From positions 124,001 to 188,000 of IMG/VR virus record IMGVR_UViG_3300044796_000662: DNA of 64,000 nucleotides; one strand, given 5' to 3'. Under the pieces are notes generated by a model. The model was not told the origin of the DNA and ran no database searches. It saw nothing but the letters and a program-made list of their open reading frames with translations. Positions 62,698 through 64,000 of this stretch are shown piece by piece. Each line of letters starts with the position of its first letter. Positions within the stretch are counted from its first letter, which is position 1. Both the position numbers and the translations under genes were made by a program.

Positions 62698-63711
62698 TCA
62701 GGCGTGTTCCTCCATCGCCAGGACCAGGAGGCCCTCTGCGACAGCGGTCATGGGGTCCTTCGCCATCCGGATCTCGCTGATCTCGATGGGGAAGCCCTTC
62801 TTCTTGATCTCGGAGAACTCCGACTTGAAGACCTCCTCGAAACCGATGGCCTTGCACGTGCCGCCGGAAACGACGAACGGGATCGGCCCTGGCAGCTCAA
62901 TGCTCGACTGCGCCTTGCGGAACTGGATGGCGATGTTCTCCAGGCAATGGCGGATGAGCGCGCGGATGTAGAGAGAGATCGCTTCGGCGTCCCGATCATC
63001 ATCCTTGTGGTTGATGAGGTCCACGCCCTTCTCCTTGATGGTGCACATGCGCGAGGCCGTAGACCCGGTCGCCTTGGCTGCGTGGGAGTCGATCCAGTCG
63101 CCGCCACGTGCAAGAGAAAACTCCAGACCCTTGATGGTCTGATAGGAGAGCGCCACGTTGCACATGCCCGAACCGAATGACACGGACAGGCCCGAGAATG
63201 TCTCGTCGGCGCACTGGCTGTAGATGATCGCCATCGCCTCGTTCATCGGGTGCGCCGTGAACCCGTGCTCGGTGATGATCTTGCGGAAGATCTCCGTGTG
63301 GTAGACGACGTCCTGGTCCGGCATGTCCACGGGCGCCGCGGGGACGCTGTAGAAGCAGTGCTCGTCCTTGCAAGACGGCTCTTCGAGTACACTCTTGACG
63401 AGGAGACTCAGGATCTGCTGCGCCTTGAGTTCCCCGGCCGCGATGACGCCGTTGCTCAGGGGACGACGCACTTCCCTCTTGAAGAGGTTGGCCATCGTCA
63501 GAGCTGAATCGCCGATGACGACGAGCTGGCCGTCGCCCATCTCGATGTAATCGACCTTCGAGAGCCGGAGCTGCTTCTTGGCCTCCGATTCGAGGTCGAT
63601 GAATGCGTCGCGGATGCGGTTGGTCGAGACCTTGTCGCCGACCTGGCGTGCCGAGACGATGTTCATGGTCCCAATGTCGAGACCAATGCCCTTCCTCTTG
63701 TCCGTGCTCAT
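62698..63711 (-). CDS. Actin-family (ASKHA) ATPase, volactin/MamK-like
   Basis: GLDIGT (phosphate 1), MNEAMA (connect 1), SFGSGMCN (phosphate 2), GGDWID, VVSGGT (adenosine), DPMTAVAEG (connect 2); 337 aa. Confidence 0.9.
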   Translation of the reverse strand: MSTDKRKGIGLDIGTMNIVSARQVGDKVSTNRIRDAFIDLESEAKKQLRLSKVDYIEMGDGQLVVIGDSALTMANLFKREVRRPLSNGVIAAGELKAQQILSLLVKSVLEEPSCKDEHCFYSVPAAPVDMPDQDVVYHTEIFRKIITEHGFTAHPMNEAMAIIYSQCADETFSGLSVSFGSGMCNVALSYQTIKGLEFSLARGGDWIDSHAAKATGSTASRMCTIKEKGVDLINHKDDDRDAEAISLYIRALIRHCLENIAIQFRKAQSSIELPGPIPFVVSGGTCKAIGFEEVFKSEFSEIKKKGFPIEISEIRMAKDPMTAVAEGLLVLAMEEHA

Positions 63712-63730
63712 CTGGGTCCTCTTTCATCTG

Positions 63731-63749
63731 ACCGGGCAACGTGCCCGGT
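63731..63749. other. Perfect 8-bp inverted repeat with 3-nt loop ~20 nt upstream of the actin-like gene
   Basis: accgggca-acg-tgcccggt. Confidence 0.8.
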
Positions 63750-63754
63750 GAACT

Positions 63755-63997
63755 TCATTTGATCTTCCAGTCGGAAGCAGTCTTCACGCTCTTCGAAGCA
63801 ACCCGGCCGCCCGCACGCTGCTTGAGCAGGTACACGAACGACTCGTTCACGTCAGCGATGCCCTGGAGAAGGTTGTCAATGCCGTGCGAGAGCATCCCCT
63901 TCTTTTCCAACAGCTCGTAGCCGATACGCAGAAGCACGAGGAACCGGAGCACACCCTTGAGCGAGATGAGAACGCACTGCTCGGGCGCGGCCTGCAT
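63755..63997 (-). CDS. Small hypothetical protein, 80 aa (frame open to the window edge)
   Basis: GC3-rich codons; preceded by CCT as in other TGA-CCT-ATG junctions; could extend beyond 64000. Confidence 0.6.
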   Translation of the reverse strand: MQAAPEQCVLISLKGVLRFLVLLRIGYELLEKKGMLSHGIDNLLQGIADVNESFVYLLKQRAGGRVASKSVKTASDWKIK

Positions 63998-64000
63998 AGG

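Larger units (their letters stand above)
1..64000 (-). mobile_element. Tail/baseplate/fibre morphogenesis region of a probable jumbo myophage (or prophage); capsid genes not in window
   Basis: Co-oriented sheath, tube, chaperones, tape measure, hub, spike and gp25/J/I wedge genes in myovirus order, plus a helicase and a homing endonuclease; no host housekeeping genes recognised. Confidence 0.85.

Noticed and set aside
50448-63997. RTAA/KTAA/KTAS words as prohead-protease or packaging signals in the helicase, 321-aa and 80-aa proteins
   Set aside because: Too short and too few to distinguish from chance in Ala-rich proteins without the head genes
1-64000. Stop-codon reassignment (alternative genetic code) to explain in-frame junctions
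   Set aside because: TGA, TAA and TAG all end genes at sensible C-termini, recognisable proteins are not interrupted, and downstream ORFs begin with plausible N-termini
1-64000. Extracellular contractile injection system (Afp/PVC/MAC) rather than phage
   Set aside because: No Afp15-like AAA ATPase, LysM tube initiator or recognisable effector; helicase, homing endonuclease and gene sizes favour a jumbo phage. Not fully excluded because head genes are outside the window

Overview
The window is a single-strand (all minus), tightly packed, GC-rich block of about 38 genes. It encodes a very large contractile-tail (myovirus-type) virion module, most consistent with a jumbo phage or prophage. No capsid, portal or terminase gene lies inside the window, so an extracellular contractile injection system cannot be formally excluded. 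In transcription order (right to left): a small ORF, an actin-family ATPase resembling haloarchaeal volactin, a tail terminator, an FmdB zinc ribbon and a 1499-aa sheath, followed by a terminator hairpin. Next comes an inserted cassette (UvrD/Rep helicase with a long N-terminal extension, two unknowns, a 55-aa acidic peptide missed by the ORF track, a two-start ORF). Then follow the tube, two chaperones, tape measure, two tube initiators (one with a GH73-like muramidase domain), hub, spike, large baseplate proteins, an Endo VII homing endonuclease and gp25/J/I wedge proteins. The last 19 kb is a fibre/adhesin region. Most interesting points: the phage-borne volactin-like actin beside the neck/tail genes; the sheath-tube split, with a near-identical candidate promoter ahead of each part; several 60-70 aa modules shuffled among unrelated virion proteins; and an excess of in-frame stop-NNN-ATG gene junctions. 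All family assignments come from motif recognition by eye. No database search was run. Long plus-strand ORFs are treated as antisense shadows.
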